The notes beneath the pieces are model-generated. The model was not told where the DNA came from. It made no database searches and saw nothing but the letters and a program-made list of their open reading frames with translations. DNA of 63,752 nucleotides, counting the filler, from Choristocarpus tenellus KU-1152 (Eukaryota > Protista > Phaeophyceae): NCBI GenBank assembly GCA_964200185.2. It is 11 parts of 11 records of this genome, joined end to end, with 100 filler letters (N's around TTAATTAATTAA, not from the genome) between each part and the next. Parts side by side here need not be neighbours in the genome. Positions count along the whole stretch, not along the records: positions 1 to 2,682 come from CAXNAD020025691.1; positions 2,783 to 7,759 come from CAXNAD020012299.1; positions 7,860 to 15,276 come from CAXNAD020006190.1; 8 more parts are not named here. One strand, given 5' to 3'. A program made the position numbers and the translations under genes. Each line of letters starts with the position of its first letter. The stretch's first letter is position 1. Positions 1 through 12,808 of this stretch are shown piece by piece.

Positions 1-58
1 GAAATCGAAAAAAGGATGAAAAACGGACGCCAACACCCCCCCCCAGATACTTTGACCC
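1..58 (+). mobile_element. Right end of shared-terminus TIR element, body type B (truncated by window edge)
   Basis: AAATCGAAAAA..G.TGAAAAACGGACGCC.ACACCCCC..AGATACTTTGACCC; same body and terminus as 40780-40835. Confidence 0.8.
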
Positions 59-60
59 AC

Positions 61-2378
61 CGTTGGAAAGGTCTAAATCAACTCATGTCCGTTTCACAAC
101 TCAAATCTCTACAAAAAGACACCAACAGGTGACTTTCGATGAACAGCATCATTCGGAGCTACACAAGCGGGGCCACTTACAAACCATTGAAGGGTTCTAT
201 GCCGTTTTCTGTCCGCTCAACCTGCCAATTTTCCGTTAGACTTATGATCTGGATGGCAATGTACACAGCTAGTCTCACAATTGGCAATACCGTTGGTCGA
301 TCCAAAACATATTCTGCTATCCAGGGTATCTACGCGATACCAACAGGTGACTTCCGCATTGGCATTCGAAATAGTCGAAACAAAACTATGTATTCACATA
401 TGTGCAACTCCTCAAGGTCAAGTGAGCACCACCACGTGCATTTCAAACACAGTCTTGTTTTATTGGCCGTGGGGTGCTTCAGGGTGCAACTGGTTATCAA
501 ACATTCACCTTTATTATATTTACAGAAACTCGTTTCTTCTTCCTTTGATCAAGTAATATTTCTGTATCTTGATTTCACCTTTATATTGTAAAGAAAAGAC
601 AGAAAATGATTTGGAATCCTTTCAACATGTCTATCTCCCATTATGTTGCTATTTATGGATGTTGCTGCTCATCTCACTTGTTTGTATCTTGTTCAGATTC
701 AAGTTACGAAATGAAAAGAAAACGCTCGGGATCCTTTGAACCCTTTTGAAAGTGCCACTGTGTAACTCTTCGCAAATACTGCTTCTCAAATCGGTCGTTG
801 GTGTCTTGTTGCAGAGTTGTGAGGTTGCAGAGACAGAAAAAAGGATTACATTTGGATTGTTCTTCCAACTCTTTCAAACCGACTCTGTCTCTCTTCTAAC
901 TGTGGATGTTGCTACTACATTCGCTTGTTGGTAGTTTGAACATGTTGCGGATGTTGCTGCTTAGTGACATAATGGCATCTTGTATATTCACTTGACAGGT
1001 GGAACGGACATCGATAGGATGTTGAAGCTCCCAAGTTCCTGTAGGAAATTGGGAATGGTTATTGAAATTGACGAATATTTAAGACTGGAAATAATTTGGG
1101 ATTCTTCAAGAGGGTTTGGAACTGCGACTCTGAAGCATACTAGTGCGAATGATTTTTCTGGTGAAGTTATCGATGGGTATCTGCTCTAGATTCTACTTGT
1201 CACAAGACATTTTTGGACCCCTTCCAACGGTTTTAACTCCCACTCCGCTATATCACTAACTCTAAACGGTATTGCTCAAGTTATATTTGAGTATCTTGAG
1301 CAGATTTGACAGATGAAATGGAAACAATTCTCTGTATCCTTGAAATAGTCAAATAACTCCGTGACCCAAAGTATCTCTGTGTGTGTGTGTGTGGGGGGGG
1401 GGAGTCTGCATCAGGTTGTTCATTTGAGCCCAAATCAGGAAATTGCATTTACATAATTCATCCGACGTATGGAACAACCAAATTACACAAAAATTGCGAC
1501 ACGAAAAAATTAACCCCAAATGGACAGCCGCCACCCTCCCCCCAGATCCTCCATATAGTTTTCTGAAATATTGGTGTTCAACTCACCTGTTCCTTTTCAA
1601 GATTTGACAGGTGAAAGAGACAGAAGGTGGTCTTGAATCTTTTTGGATTATTTTGTCACTGTATTCTGTGAGTGTGGGCAAACATTGCTTCTTAATACAC
1701 TTGTTTGCTATCTTGTTTAGATTCCTACATTATGAAAGGTACAGAAACGGGTTTGGATTCTTTTAACAGTTTTGTAATGAGAGTAAGTGCGACGGTGTGG
1801 CTAGCTGTGGGTATTCTTGGTCAAGTCGCTCGTTTGAGTCCTTTGTGGATTTGAGTTTCGAAACGGACGGAAGGTGGCTGTGGAGCCTTCGTACCCTAAA
1901 CTGTCACTACTGTTCAGGTTTATGAAATATTGTTGGTCAAGTCGCCTGCTGATATCTTACGCATATGAAAGTTTGTGAAATTGACGGGAAACATTTGTAG
2001 ATCTTTCGAACTGTTTTTTGTGCTACATATGGTACGTGATTGCCAAAGCCACGACCGCGCTCAATTCGCTTGCTATCTTACGTATTTTGGACTTCAGAAA
2101 TGGCCAAGTAAATGTTTCGGTTCCTTGCAAGGTAGTGTAACTGCCATTAGATGGCAAGTTGCGATTGATGATACTTAAAGTGACCTGCTGCTATCTTGAA
2201 CAAATTGAGGTTGTGCAAGGGAGAGGAATCGGCTTTGGATAATTTCTAACAGAAGCTGTCACTCTATGATAAGCTACAAGAGTTGCTTGTCAATTCACAT
2301 GTTGGTTTCTTGCGCAGATTTGGGGTTTTAAAACAGACAGTATATGGTAATAGGTCCTTCCAACGAAAATGTAGTGTG
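61..2378. repeat. Highly diverged ~115-125 bp tandem array with an internal strand switch
   Basis: Motif like GTCAA(G/T)TC(A/G)C.TG.TG.TATCTTG..CAGATTTG......GAAA..GAC...CCTTCCAAC recurs near 675, 790, 920, 1277, 1580, 1697, 1820, 1936, 2060, 2175 and 2290; 61-140 and 335-360 match its reverse complement. Confidence 0.65.
1363..1549 (+). mobile_element. MITE body type A (G-tract type), inserted in the satellite
   Basis: GACCCAAAGTATCT start; type-A body (TCCGACGTATG..ACCAAAT.ACACAAAAAT.GCGACA..AAAAAATT.ACCCCAAATGGACAGCCGCCACC); degenerate right terminus. Confidence 0.85.
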
Positions 2379-2611
2379 CTGTTCGATTAGACTCTTCCAA
2401 CTCTATCGGACGTTTACGGTAAAATATGTATGGAGTAAGGAACAATCAATTAGTGGTTGAGTTATCAGAACATTTTACTAGTGATTAGTTATATGAGAAA
2501 AATCTCATATAAAAAGGAATATATGTGATTTATGGGGTGCTGCATGCCCCACCTAACGTTAATCAATCACTCTACGGACACTAAGCAATCTCGCTGGGTT
2601 TATCACCTTTA

Positions 2612-2682
2612 GAGCGAAAGTATCTTAGAGGGTAGAGCCGCGTCCATTTGGGGACACAATCCAATGTTGCCATTTTGATGTA
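2612..2682 (+). mobile_element. MITE body type C, left part (contig break)
   Basis: GAGCGAAAGTATCTTAGAGGGTAGAGCCGCGTCCATTTGGGG..AATCCAATGTTG matches copies at 3358, 8451 and 43462. Confidence 0.85.
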
Positions 2683-2782
2683 NNNNNNNNNNNNNNNNNN
2701 NNNNNNNNNNNNNNNNNNNNNNNNNNTTAATTAATTAANNNNNNNNNNNNNNNNNNNNNNNNNNNNNNNNNNNNNNNNNNNN
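2683..2782. other. Artificial contig linker (also 7760-7859, 15277-15376, 21564-21663, 29362-29461, 38414-38513, 45667-45766, 49460-49559, 55445-55544, 61038-61137)
   Basis: Identical N44-TTAATTAATTAA-N44 cassette, which gives stops in all six frames, seen ten times. Confidence 0.98.
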
Positions 2783-2912
2783 ATTTTTCATGTCGCGATT
2801 TTTGGGTGATTTGGTTGCATACGTCGGATGGATAATGTAAATGCACTTTTCCTGATTTTTGTCCAAATGGACACCCTGGTGTAGACTCCCCCCCCCCTAG
2901 ATACTTTGGGCC
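2783..2912 (-). mobile_element. MITE body type A, partial (contig start)
   Basis: Reverse complement of type-A body ending in C-tract+AGATACTTTGGGCC. Confidence 0.9.
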
Positions 2913-3357
2913 TGAGTTAGGGAGAATCATTTTATTGTCAACATCATGAATAACGTGAAATAGATCGCATTTTGGATTGTGTGATGTTTCTGGGCTCGAC
3001 AAAGTGATGGCAGCAATAACGCCCATTGTTGCCTCCATAAACAACGAGTTTCCCTTGGGAGCCTTGACCTACTTGCCGCTATTTCGTAGTTGCACGTGTA
3101 TGCTAGAGGTCGGAAATATGGTGCCTTATATATTGCCGAGACATTCCTCGTGCTTTTGTTGAGCTTCTTGAAGATCAAGCATAGATTAAATATGTTGTGA
3201 AAGTTTAGATCATATTCACAAAATGCAGTTCTCTCCCCCAACAGAACATCTATTTGATAACTGCCTCTACTTGTGGTTTGTTGCAACGAGCACATTGATC
3301 CCCAACAATTTCTGACGGATCTCTCTACCAGTACCACCATGATGAGTCTATTGAACA

Positions 3358-3618
3358 AAGTAAAAGTATCTTACGGGATAGAGCCGCGTCCGTTTGGGGG
3401 GCCAAAATCCAATGTTGCAATTTTGTTGTAATTTTGGCTATCGTGTTGTCAGGACATGTCAGTATCCTTGTTCTGGATACACCTTTTCATAACATACACA
3501 TTTTACCTAACTTCGAAACATTTCGGAGTAGGAAAATGACATTAAAAATACCCGAGGGAAGCCAAGCCTCAAATGGACAAACAGGACAAAACTCGTACCC
3601 TCTAAGATACATTCACTC
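3358..3618 (+). mobile_element. MITE body type C, complete, 4-bp TSD AACA
   Basis: Termini AAGTAAAAGTATCTTACGGG / CCCTCTAAGATACATTCACTC; AACA at 3354-3357 and 3619-3622. Confidence 0.9.
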
Positions 3619-4984
3619 AACAACAGTACAGAAGTAGTTCATTAGGGCATTCTGTCCGTTCACATCAAATGGGCACAGTGTGCGGCAAACCCCAAATACA
3701 TACCTTGTATTAATTGTAAGAAGATGATGGTTGATCTTTGGCGTTGATCCTCCTTCAAATGCATGTAACAAGCAGTTAGTTCTCCATACATCAAGAGATG
3801 TCTTGTTCATCTACAATATATATATGAGTGTGTGTGTCTTATTCACGATGTTGATAATAAATCAATCCTTCCTAACTCAAAATATGCACAACAGGTCAAT
3901 CAGACACTGTTCAAAACCACTATGACCTTTGGATACAACTGACTTGCCAAATTATCCATGTAGATACCAGCCTCATCAAGCCCATTGGAAAGAAGTTGTG
4001 GACGGGAACACTCACCTATGGTGATCGAATCTAAACTTGTCAGCATCACGAGATAGTCCATACATAAACACTAAGTATGTGCAATGATGAATGAATTCAC
4101 ACTACCTCCATTTGTGGTAGTCCTGGAAAATGGACGCATTGTAATGCACAGTCACTCGACTAGGAAGTGGGCATTCTGTACCCTTTCACGTATATATCTT
4201 TGGCAGGTAGAAGTTGGGTAGTTGATGGTGTTAAAAGCTTCTCACGAGCTTACTTACCGACCGTTTTGGTGGTGTGTATCAAGTTCTTTGTTTACTTACC
4301 AGTTACCGAGGTATACAATAGTGTTTTGTACTGCAGCAGTCATACACACAACTATTGTCGTGGCGGTATTATATGGTGCTCGGAGTGTATACTATACGTA
4401 CTGTACATAATAGTGCATGTATGCATCAATATTATCATTACCTCAAGAAAAGCGTAGGAGCAGTGCAGTACAGGTACGTAAGCCCTACATCTGCTCAAGG
4501 GACACACCAACAGTAGTAGCAGTGGAATACATTTGTCCTGTCCCCACAATCAAAATACTAATTACGGAGGACATCCAGAGCTGGTAAGGCCCTGTAAGCA
4601 GGATTAATGACCACACATTACGGCCATGCCTCGAAGTACCAATCTATCCATTACGCACAGCCTGTAGAATATAACTTTGGTAGTGTTATTATTTGGCAAT
4701 GATGATAGTAGTGGTGAACTGGTGGTAGTGTTATTTCTAATACCTTTGTACGATTACCTCGTGTCTCTATGACAAGAACACTTGTACTACTAGTAGATCT
4801 TGCAGTATTATTCTGTGTTATTATGCCCATTGGCATTAGGGAAAAATAAACATGAAGTGATGGACGTATTTTGTCGCATCAGACTTATATCAAGAAAAAT
4901 GGACAGACGCAAACGAGTGTTGGAGAGACCCTATATTTTTCTTGTGCGGAACCAGTTGAAAGGTAGGCAGGTTTGAACCTTCTG

Positions 4985-5210
4985 CATTCTAAGCCACCGT
5001 TCTTACTCTGTGCGATACACTCTACTTCATTGCTTTGTTATGTGCATATCAGTGTACACAAAGTTGATACTTGCCCTTTCCACAAACAAGGTGACACCGC
5101 AATTCAGCTAAGTTTTTTTTTCAAATGATACAAATGACATCACTTCCCCCTTTCTCGGGATGCTTAAAATGCAGCCCTGCCTACCTCTCAGTGGGTTTGA
5201 CTCCTTCTTT
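4985..5210 (+). repeat. Old dispersed repeat, copy 1 of 3 (others ~12297-12510 and ~63140-63360)
   Basis: Colinear motifs TCTAAGCCA..TTCTTAC.C..TGC..TACAC.CTA..TTGAT..CAAT(T)CAG..TACAAAT..GGAT.CTT..CTGCCTACCTC..TTTG(A/G)CTC in three contigs. Confidence 0.6.
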
Positions 5211-7859
5211 TTCTTCGTAATAGGTAGGGCAAGGCGACAAGTCTATGATGCAAGCATCCATCGCCGACCCAATGTACCAGCATCATGCATCATTTCCACC
5301 CTCGTACTAAGCACTAATAGTTGTAGGATAAGAATGCACATACATGCATGTGCAACAGGTGGACTGCTGCCGCATAGACCCCATTACAATCAAGCCCCCA
5401 TACTATGAATATTACTGACTAAGTCGGTCACCACGTACAACATACTATATATGAGATGAGTTCTTTCCACACATATATCTCTGTCTGTGAACTTTTCCCC
5501 ACTTCCCCGCTTGACCTTGTCGTCGACTTGGATAGCTTTCCCTTTGGTTCTGCCCCAACACCCGTGACATCTTCGCCACCAAATTTTCATCAACCAACCC
5601 TACTTCACATGATTTACAATAGTTTATTTTTGGTGTGTATTGGTTTGGGTCTTTCGTGGCATCGGGATTGGACCCTGGAGCGGATTCTATTGCCCAGAGT
5701 TATTGAACATATGTTGTTGATCTGAGTCTGCATCAGCACTTATTTTAAGTTTTCACTCCTAAACTAGTCAGTATCGTCGCATCTCAGGCGACGGGCTTGG
5801 TGCATCGGTAAGTGCTAGAAATCGAATCGTACAAGGTTCATGCACGAATGCTCTCTTGGTCTTCTCTCCCATCGATTCTTCAATCCTTTCCCAACCGTAG
5901 TCTTTCCACACAACTCTCCCGTCCTACCATCATCGTCGAGGTACGATAATTCTTTCCTACCCTTATTGTCGTCATCCTCCACGGCAGCCTACCTTCCTCG
6001 TTTCCCCTACGTGTTCCCTATTCTCCTGGGGAAGGTTCGGTTTCGAGATTGGTGACGTAGCCTTTCGATAAGTCCACGATATCGATCTGCAATGTGGATC
6101 AAGTCCTTGATCGCAGCTCAGATTGACATCACCCCAATGCTCTCTCCTGCAAGCCCTTCCGTCGAATTTGATGTAAACCCAATTGACATCCCAATCTCAG
6201 ATATTAACTTCCATATTTGCTGCGCTGCGATACCCATTCCCTCTCACAAGGTGCTGATAACAAGGTCCTGCGGTTGTGCTATCGAGAAGAATAGAGTGTG
6301 CACTTGACAGGCATACATGGGAAGACCTCGGCACAGGTACTGTTGACTTTCAGGCAATCCCTCTGGAGAATTACTACTTGTCGTTGGATAGTGCCTTTGC
6401 TACTGAGTAGGGGTACTGTGCTGTAGTGAAGCTTGGCATCGAACCCCACTGATGCAACGCTGCTGATAAGGGCGAAGCACAGAGTCCAGTACAGCTTTTT
6501 GAAGGTTCCCAAACAGTTACAGTTCAACACGATTATCCAATGAAGTTGGTCGAAACGGGACATTCGCCGAGAGAAGTAGGCCCAGTGCTTCTGGCAGTTG
6601 TCGTCGAGGGTGGGTTGGACTGGATGGAATAGGCTAAGTTGGTGTTTCAGGTTTCACCGACGTTCTTCTGTACAGCATCCTGGGCCAGGTGCCTGCATTG
6701 TTTTAAGAAGACGAAAAATGCACGATAAACATTGCAATTTAGTGTATGCAATCGCACTAGGTATTCTGTTGCAAGCAGTTAGATGCAATGCGATCGAGAA
6801 AGTTACTCTCCTTGATTGTTGAGACTCAAACTCGTCCACCTTTCCGTTTGAATGCCAACTGACCCTCACATCACATCTCTTGTCTTGTTGGATCCTTAAG
6901 AATTTCTGTTGTTGTGAACACATGGTGTCTTCTTGCTTACCTGTGGAAGTGGCCCTCTTGCCCTTGGGAGTTGATGCCGTTGGTATGTGTTAAACTGCCC
7001 TATAGTGTATTGCTTTTCCACCGTTTGTGACAGTTAACAATACTGATGTACATGTGGTGCATAATGCATTTGCCAAACCAAGTTGGTCAATATTCTTTCC
7101 ATGGTGAGATGCTATACGTGAACTCACCGACCAGTTAACTAATACACGCACTCATCAAACAGCCCTCTCTGGAGACGTAACCCACAATTCGCCTAAGCAA
7201 ATTATCATACACCTGTACATGTATCTATCCACCCCCACGTTTTATAACACCCAAGAAACACGCAAAACAGAGACAGACAATGTGAATAATTGCTCATTCG
7301 TGTTCATCTGCCTCCCCTACCCACTTCATATTCCATGTGTTTTTCAGGCGGCGCCAGTCCTACAGTGGAGGGGCTCCTGTAATGATATTTCTGGTCTCAG
7401 CAGCGGGGTCAAATGTCTCCTTTGTTATTTCCCCTCCTCTTGCCTCTTCGAACCGGCAACCTAAAGGCCTCCTTGCCCTGGGTCTCCCCCCCCTCTCTGC
7501 CCCGAGTCCCACTTGCATAGCTTTTCCTGTCCCCACTATAGCTGCCACAGCCGCAAACCGGTGGTGGGCTGTCAGGGTTTCATTATGTGCTGGAGGCACT
7601 GTATCGCGAGGTGTGTCACTACCAGAGGAGCATTTGTCGCTGTCGTTATTGCCTGTCTTTAGGAGGCATTTATGGCGTGGGCAGAAAAAATGCGCAGGGA
7701 GGGGCTGCTGTCCTCTCCCATCAGCAGCAGGTGGGGGTGGGGAGGAGCAGAGTCTGGGGNNNNNNNNNNNNNNNNNNNNNNNNNNNNNNNNNNNNNNNNN
7801 NNNTTAATTAATTAANNNNNNNNNNNNNNNNNNNNNNNNNNNNNNNNNNNNNNNNNNNN

Positions 7860-7927
7860 CAGTCAATTTGGGGTCAAGCCCATCCTCAATGAAAAGCTCC
7901 ATCCTCAATTTTTGAAATCGGCTGTTC
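7860..7927 (+). mobile_element. Right TIR of palindromic MITE family E (contig start)
   Basis: CAGTCAATTT.GGGTCAAGCCCATCCTCAATGAAAAGCTCCATCCTCAATTTTTGAAATCGGCTGTT nearly identical to 30428-30499. Confidence 0.85.
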
Positions 7928-8450
7928 TAGCTATTGTAGGTGTCACTATGCGTGTGGGTTGGAGTTCGTGATCATCGCCATATAAATCTTAAACCAGCAC
8001 CATACATAAGGAGTACTCTGCATATTTTGTGACTGTTCCACGTGGTGCACAGGCATACCATGACTGCGTTTTCATATTCTCATGCCAATTAGTTTTAAAT
8101 CTACATTGACTTTATAACCATGCTAAATTGGGCTAGTGATAGACACACTCTGTCCATCATCTATTTGGATATACGATCGTATCGTGCTTTTCTCTTTTCA
8201 AACCCTTGACTCCAACTCTACCCTCCCTCCCTTCCGCAAAAAGGCACAATCTGACAGATTTATTGAAAGAGGGTACACGAGGCACTGACTTGGGTTAGTA
8301 TGTTGTGGTTCCATTGTTACCCAACACTGTGAAGTGCACTGTTGTACTACTACTAGAAGTACTATTAATACTGAACTGTTGTCAACCTCTATTATTCAGG
8401 ACTCACTCAGACATACACATCAGTCATATTGAAGGCTATGAATGAGCAGG

Positions 8451-8693
8451 GAGTCAAAGCATTTTAGGGCATAGAGTCGTGCCCGTTTGGTGGCCAAAAT
8501 CCAATGTTGCGATTTTAATGTAATTTTGGCTATCGTGTTTGTTAAGAATTGTCAATCCTCATTCCGGACATACACATGATACCTAATCTGAAACATTTTG
8601 GAGTAGGAAAATGTCGTTAAAAAAGACCATGGGAAACCAAGCCCCAAATGGACAAACAGGGGAAAACTCGTACCCTCTGAGATACTTTCACTC
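8451..8693 (+). mobile_element. MITE body type C, complete
   Basis: GAGTCAAAGCATTTTAGGG...CCCTCTGAGATACTTTCACTC; body colinear with 3358-3618 and 43462-43717; no clean TSD. Confidence 0.9.
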
Positions 8694-11600
8694 TTGATGA
8701 GCTTGACGCTACATACATACATGTTGTCCAAATCCTTCATTCATCGCCATGACAACTTCATCTGGTAGTAGGCATTCACCCAACCTACCAAAATGTATTG
8801 CTATACAAAAATAAAACTGCATAGTAGGAAATTTCAAGAATATTTCCTGGATATATCGCTGCCAGGAACAATTGTATCCTCAGGTTCTTGTGCAGCATGT
8901 TTTCCCAAGCATCTACAATGATGATATGGCCTTCAATCTGGCACAACATGAACTGACAGGGTCAACTCCATTCAACCAGCAGTTTAAGAAAAATAGGACT
9001 AGGTGATTTTCATCTCCACTCACACAAAAGAGCAAAAGTAGTCCGCTCCCCAGGAACAAATGTAATTGTGGCTTGCTGTGATAAAACTCCCATCGCTACA
9101 CAACATATGTAACAGTAGGGTCCCCATGAAATATGTTCAATATCCAAAGAAAAGTGTCAACCACTATACAGAATTCCTGGAGTTACAAGTTAGGGAGGAT
9201 CAAGAAAGTCTCCACCCTTCCAATCACACAACTCAATCATGGGGGCCTGAAGTCATTGACAGGCGCTGCCCTGACCCCTGTCATGAATGAATTGCCTCTG
9301 TACCTTCATTGCTGGCTGGTGATAGCAGCAGTCAGAGTATGATAAACGTAGCATGGAAAAATCCATTATGAAGCAATTCATCTTCTCAACATTGAACTGC
9401 CCCCTATACATATTGCTAACGAAATACAGGGTCTTTACATTTCCTCATCAATCAACTTACTTGTAAACTTGCTAAAGTTTGTCTCATTCCTCCAGTTTTT
9501 ATCCACAAAATTATTGTCAAATATTTCAACTAGGTGTGCCAGTCAGCTAGGAATTAATCTTTGGAAAAGCTTATCTGAAGTGTGGAGCAGGTTTCAAGAG
9601 ATTGTCACCTCTCTCTCCCTGCTGTAAGAACCAAAACACAGTATACAGAAAGAATACTACATCGTATATACTGGAGTATTAGTACTCTGTACCCTGAAGT
9701 AGTAATACACAACTAACAACATCTTGAAGAGCAGCAATTCCAAACAAGACTGCACTATCCTCCTTCTGCTGTTGATCAACACCAAGAATTGAGCACCAAA
9801 AGAAAGATATTCTCTAACCGATCATGTGCGTCATCATCTTTAGTACTGCAGCTAGTTGGCTCAGGCAGAGCAATCCACTTAAACTGGTTCATGTTGTCAC
9901 CCACTGCCAAGGTGCTATAAAGCACAACAAAGCATTCTCTTTTGTTTGAGGACCATATGCCGTCCTATCTATACCATATAGCTGCTGCCGGTAGAGGAGT
10001 CATGTCTACCTGGCAGTCTATCTGTACTCCTCCTAAAGGGGCACCTTATAGCACAGGGTAGTGGACTTTAGATGGTATGTCAATAGAGCGATGTAGCGGC
10101 ACCATGTAGGGTAGTAACTTCTACCAAGTCAGGGTCTATCCTCCTTCCTTCCACTGCCGACTCACAGAATATGGTGACGCACAAAAAATAACTGTTTTTC
10201 ACAGCACTGGAGAGTTGATTTTTTGAAGAACTCTTCAATTGTATTCTCCGTGAAGGGTTGCTCTCCTTATGTAAATCACTTAGAGTGGGTCGTTTACCCT
10301 GCTCTGGACATTTATTGCTATTTTCCTGGCATTAGAGGTTCAAATCGTTCTTGATACATTATTCATGCCTTCTAAAGTCTTACATTCAACACACTTCATT
10401 AATAGGTTTAAAGAAAAGCACCATTATATAAAATAGAATATTGTCACTCTCTGCCCTATAACGTTGCATCATCTTCCTTTGGGGTTGCAACCAGCCAGCT
10501 CAGGAGAGCAATCCTGTTCAGGTTGGCCAATGTTGCAACTGGATAGGCACAATATTCACAAGATAGCTCCTGTTCTTTGCATATTTTTTGCAGAGTGTTC
10601 TGTCTGTGTCATTATAAAAGTTGTCCGAGGATGAGCTAAGTTCACCTGGCAGTCTCCCCATAACCTTTCTCCAAACATGGTAGGTACCTTGTAGCACAGA
10701 GGAGACAGTCACATGGACTTGCATGTCCTCCAGTGACTACCATGTGGCATGAATGCTTCAAATGGTCTGTAGCCCTAAAACAAAGGACACCATTCTGTGC
10801 CATGCAATGAATGCTCTGGCGAAGGGTGTGGTGGCAGCATTGACCAGCTTGAGCAAATCACTCTCCCTCAGCTGCCCAGGTTCAGTCCCCAGGAGAGTGG
10901 CATCATTTGCCTTTTCATTTTTTTGTGGGTAATGGAAGGAGGATGGACACTGACTCAGCAGGGGTCACTGCCTGAGAAGGTGCCGCTGGACAATGTTATG
11001 TTGACATATCTCAATGTACATGATCAAAGCAGTACCTCAAAGCACAGGTCAGGGACATGTAGAGGTATATCAACCAATATAGATCGATGCCCATCAACAC
11101 CCTTTAGGGTTAGGTAGTGAATCCTCCTGAGACAGTATCCATCTTCCTTCCACTGCTGACCCACAACAAAGACTGGTATATGAAACAAATAATGTCATTC
11201 TCTGCCCCATTGTGTCACACTATTGTCCTGGGGGCCGCAGCCGGTCAGCTCAGGCAAAGCTATTAACTCAAGCCAGTTGATGCTGCCATCCCACCCCCTG
11301 CCTTGTAGGCATATAGCACAGAACAATTTCTTTTGTTTCAGGGCTACAGACCGTTTGTTCCTTCCATACCACATAGTGACTGCCAGAGGATGAGTCAATC
11401 TACTTGGCACTCTCTCAGTCTCCTTATCCTATCGTGGGACCTCTAAGCACAGAACAGAGAGATGAAGATGGGATGAATGCCAATAGAGTGATGCCCACTG
11501 CATCTTGTCGGTTAGTGACCCCTATATTGTAATGAGACAGCGTTCATCCTCTTTCTGCTGCTGACTTGCAATAAAGGATGTCAATCTCTTTTTTATCATG

Positions 11601-12628
11601 GCAGACAAAATTCTTTGGACATGTGGTCAACAAGCTCACATGCAGCAATCGGTTCAAGTTCACCGACACTATATATACGACCACTTGTGTTCCTGTCTAA
11701 TATAGTCTGGAATGGTGTCTTATTAATCATGCAGATAATTTTGAAGCTCAAGTAAACCATAGGATAATCTAATAGTGTATTTCTGTATTGGAGTTTCTTT
11801 GAAAAGTGGCAACAAGGGTTGCAAGTAAGTGTTACCAACCAAGGGCAGGTTATACTGCAAGGTCTGTTGTAGGACACAGCCCTACCTATTGATAAACTTA
11901 CGACTAACAATAATGCCGGTGGTATAGCAAACCATGGGAGAGTGGGGGTAATGCTGAATCAACAGGGCTGAGATATTTCACTTTCACCAATACTTATGAA
12001 CAAGAAAGTATATACTAAGATGATGTCATTAATATTATACTTTAAAGTACTCCATGTCTCATTCATCTATATACTCTTTTAACGATAATTTCTAAGATCT
12101 GTGTTGACATCTATGTGTTGTTTATGAATACAACCTCCCACTAACGTAACCCTTCAAGCTAAAACGAAACCTGAAAACCGTAGCACCCTATTGATGCATG
12201 GACCAAGCAAGAATGCCTTTTTAGTCAGCGCCACTGGACAGTTGATGCTCATTTTGAGTCAAGATAATTGAGATGTAGGCGGCTTTGTCCCATTTCTCAG
12301 TCTAAGCCATTTTTCTTACCCTCTGCAGTACACCCTATTTCATTGCCTTCTGTATACAATAGTGAACGCATAATTGATGTTCCGTCATTGCACGCACAAA
12401 GTAACCCCACAAATCAGTAACTCTTTCTGCAATTATACAAAATGACATCTTGTTGCCATTCCTCGTGATCCTTGACCTACTACCCTGCCTACCTCCCGAT
12501 TACTTTGGCTCTTTTGCAGATCAATTCGAAACAAATTGAATGCAACCCACGTCCAGAAAACGCGCAAACTATTGGGTAGTGAGAGACAATTGTGCCAACT
12601 CCCATCACCCTATACACAAGAATTAAAG

Positions 12629-12808
12629 GGCCCAAAGTATCTGGGGGGGGGGGGGGGGGTGTCTACACCAGAGTGTCCATTCAGGCCCTGACCAGGAAAA
12701 GTGCACTTACATTATTCATCCGACACATGCAATCAAATCACCCAAAAATCGCGACATGGAAAAATGGGGCCAAAATGGACAGCCACCACCCCCAAGATCC
12801 CTTGAGTC
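12629..12808 (+). mobile_element. MITE body type A, complete, 4-bp TSD AAAG
   Basis: GGCCCAAAGTATCT+G-run ... AGATCCCTTGAGTC; AAAG on both flanks (12625-12628 and 12809-12812). Confidence 0.9.

Noticed and set aside
139-591. 150-aa ORF
   Set aside because: Lies across the satellite strand switch and has no protein-like features
5750-6990. Decayed minus-strand coding-like region
   Set aside because: Multiple stops in every frame I read and no recognisable motif
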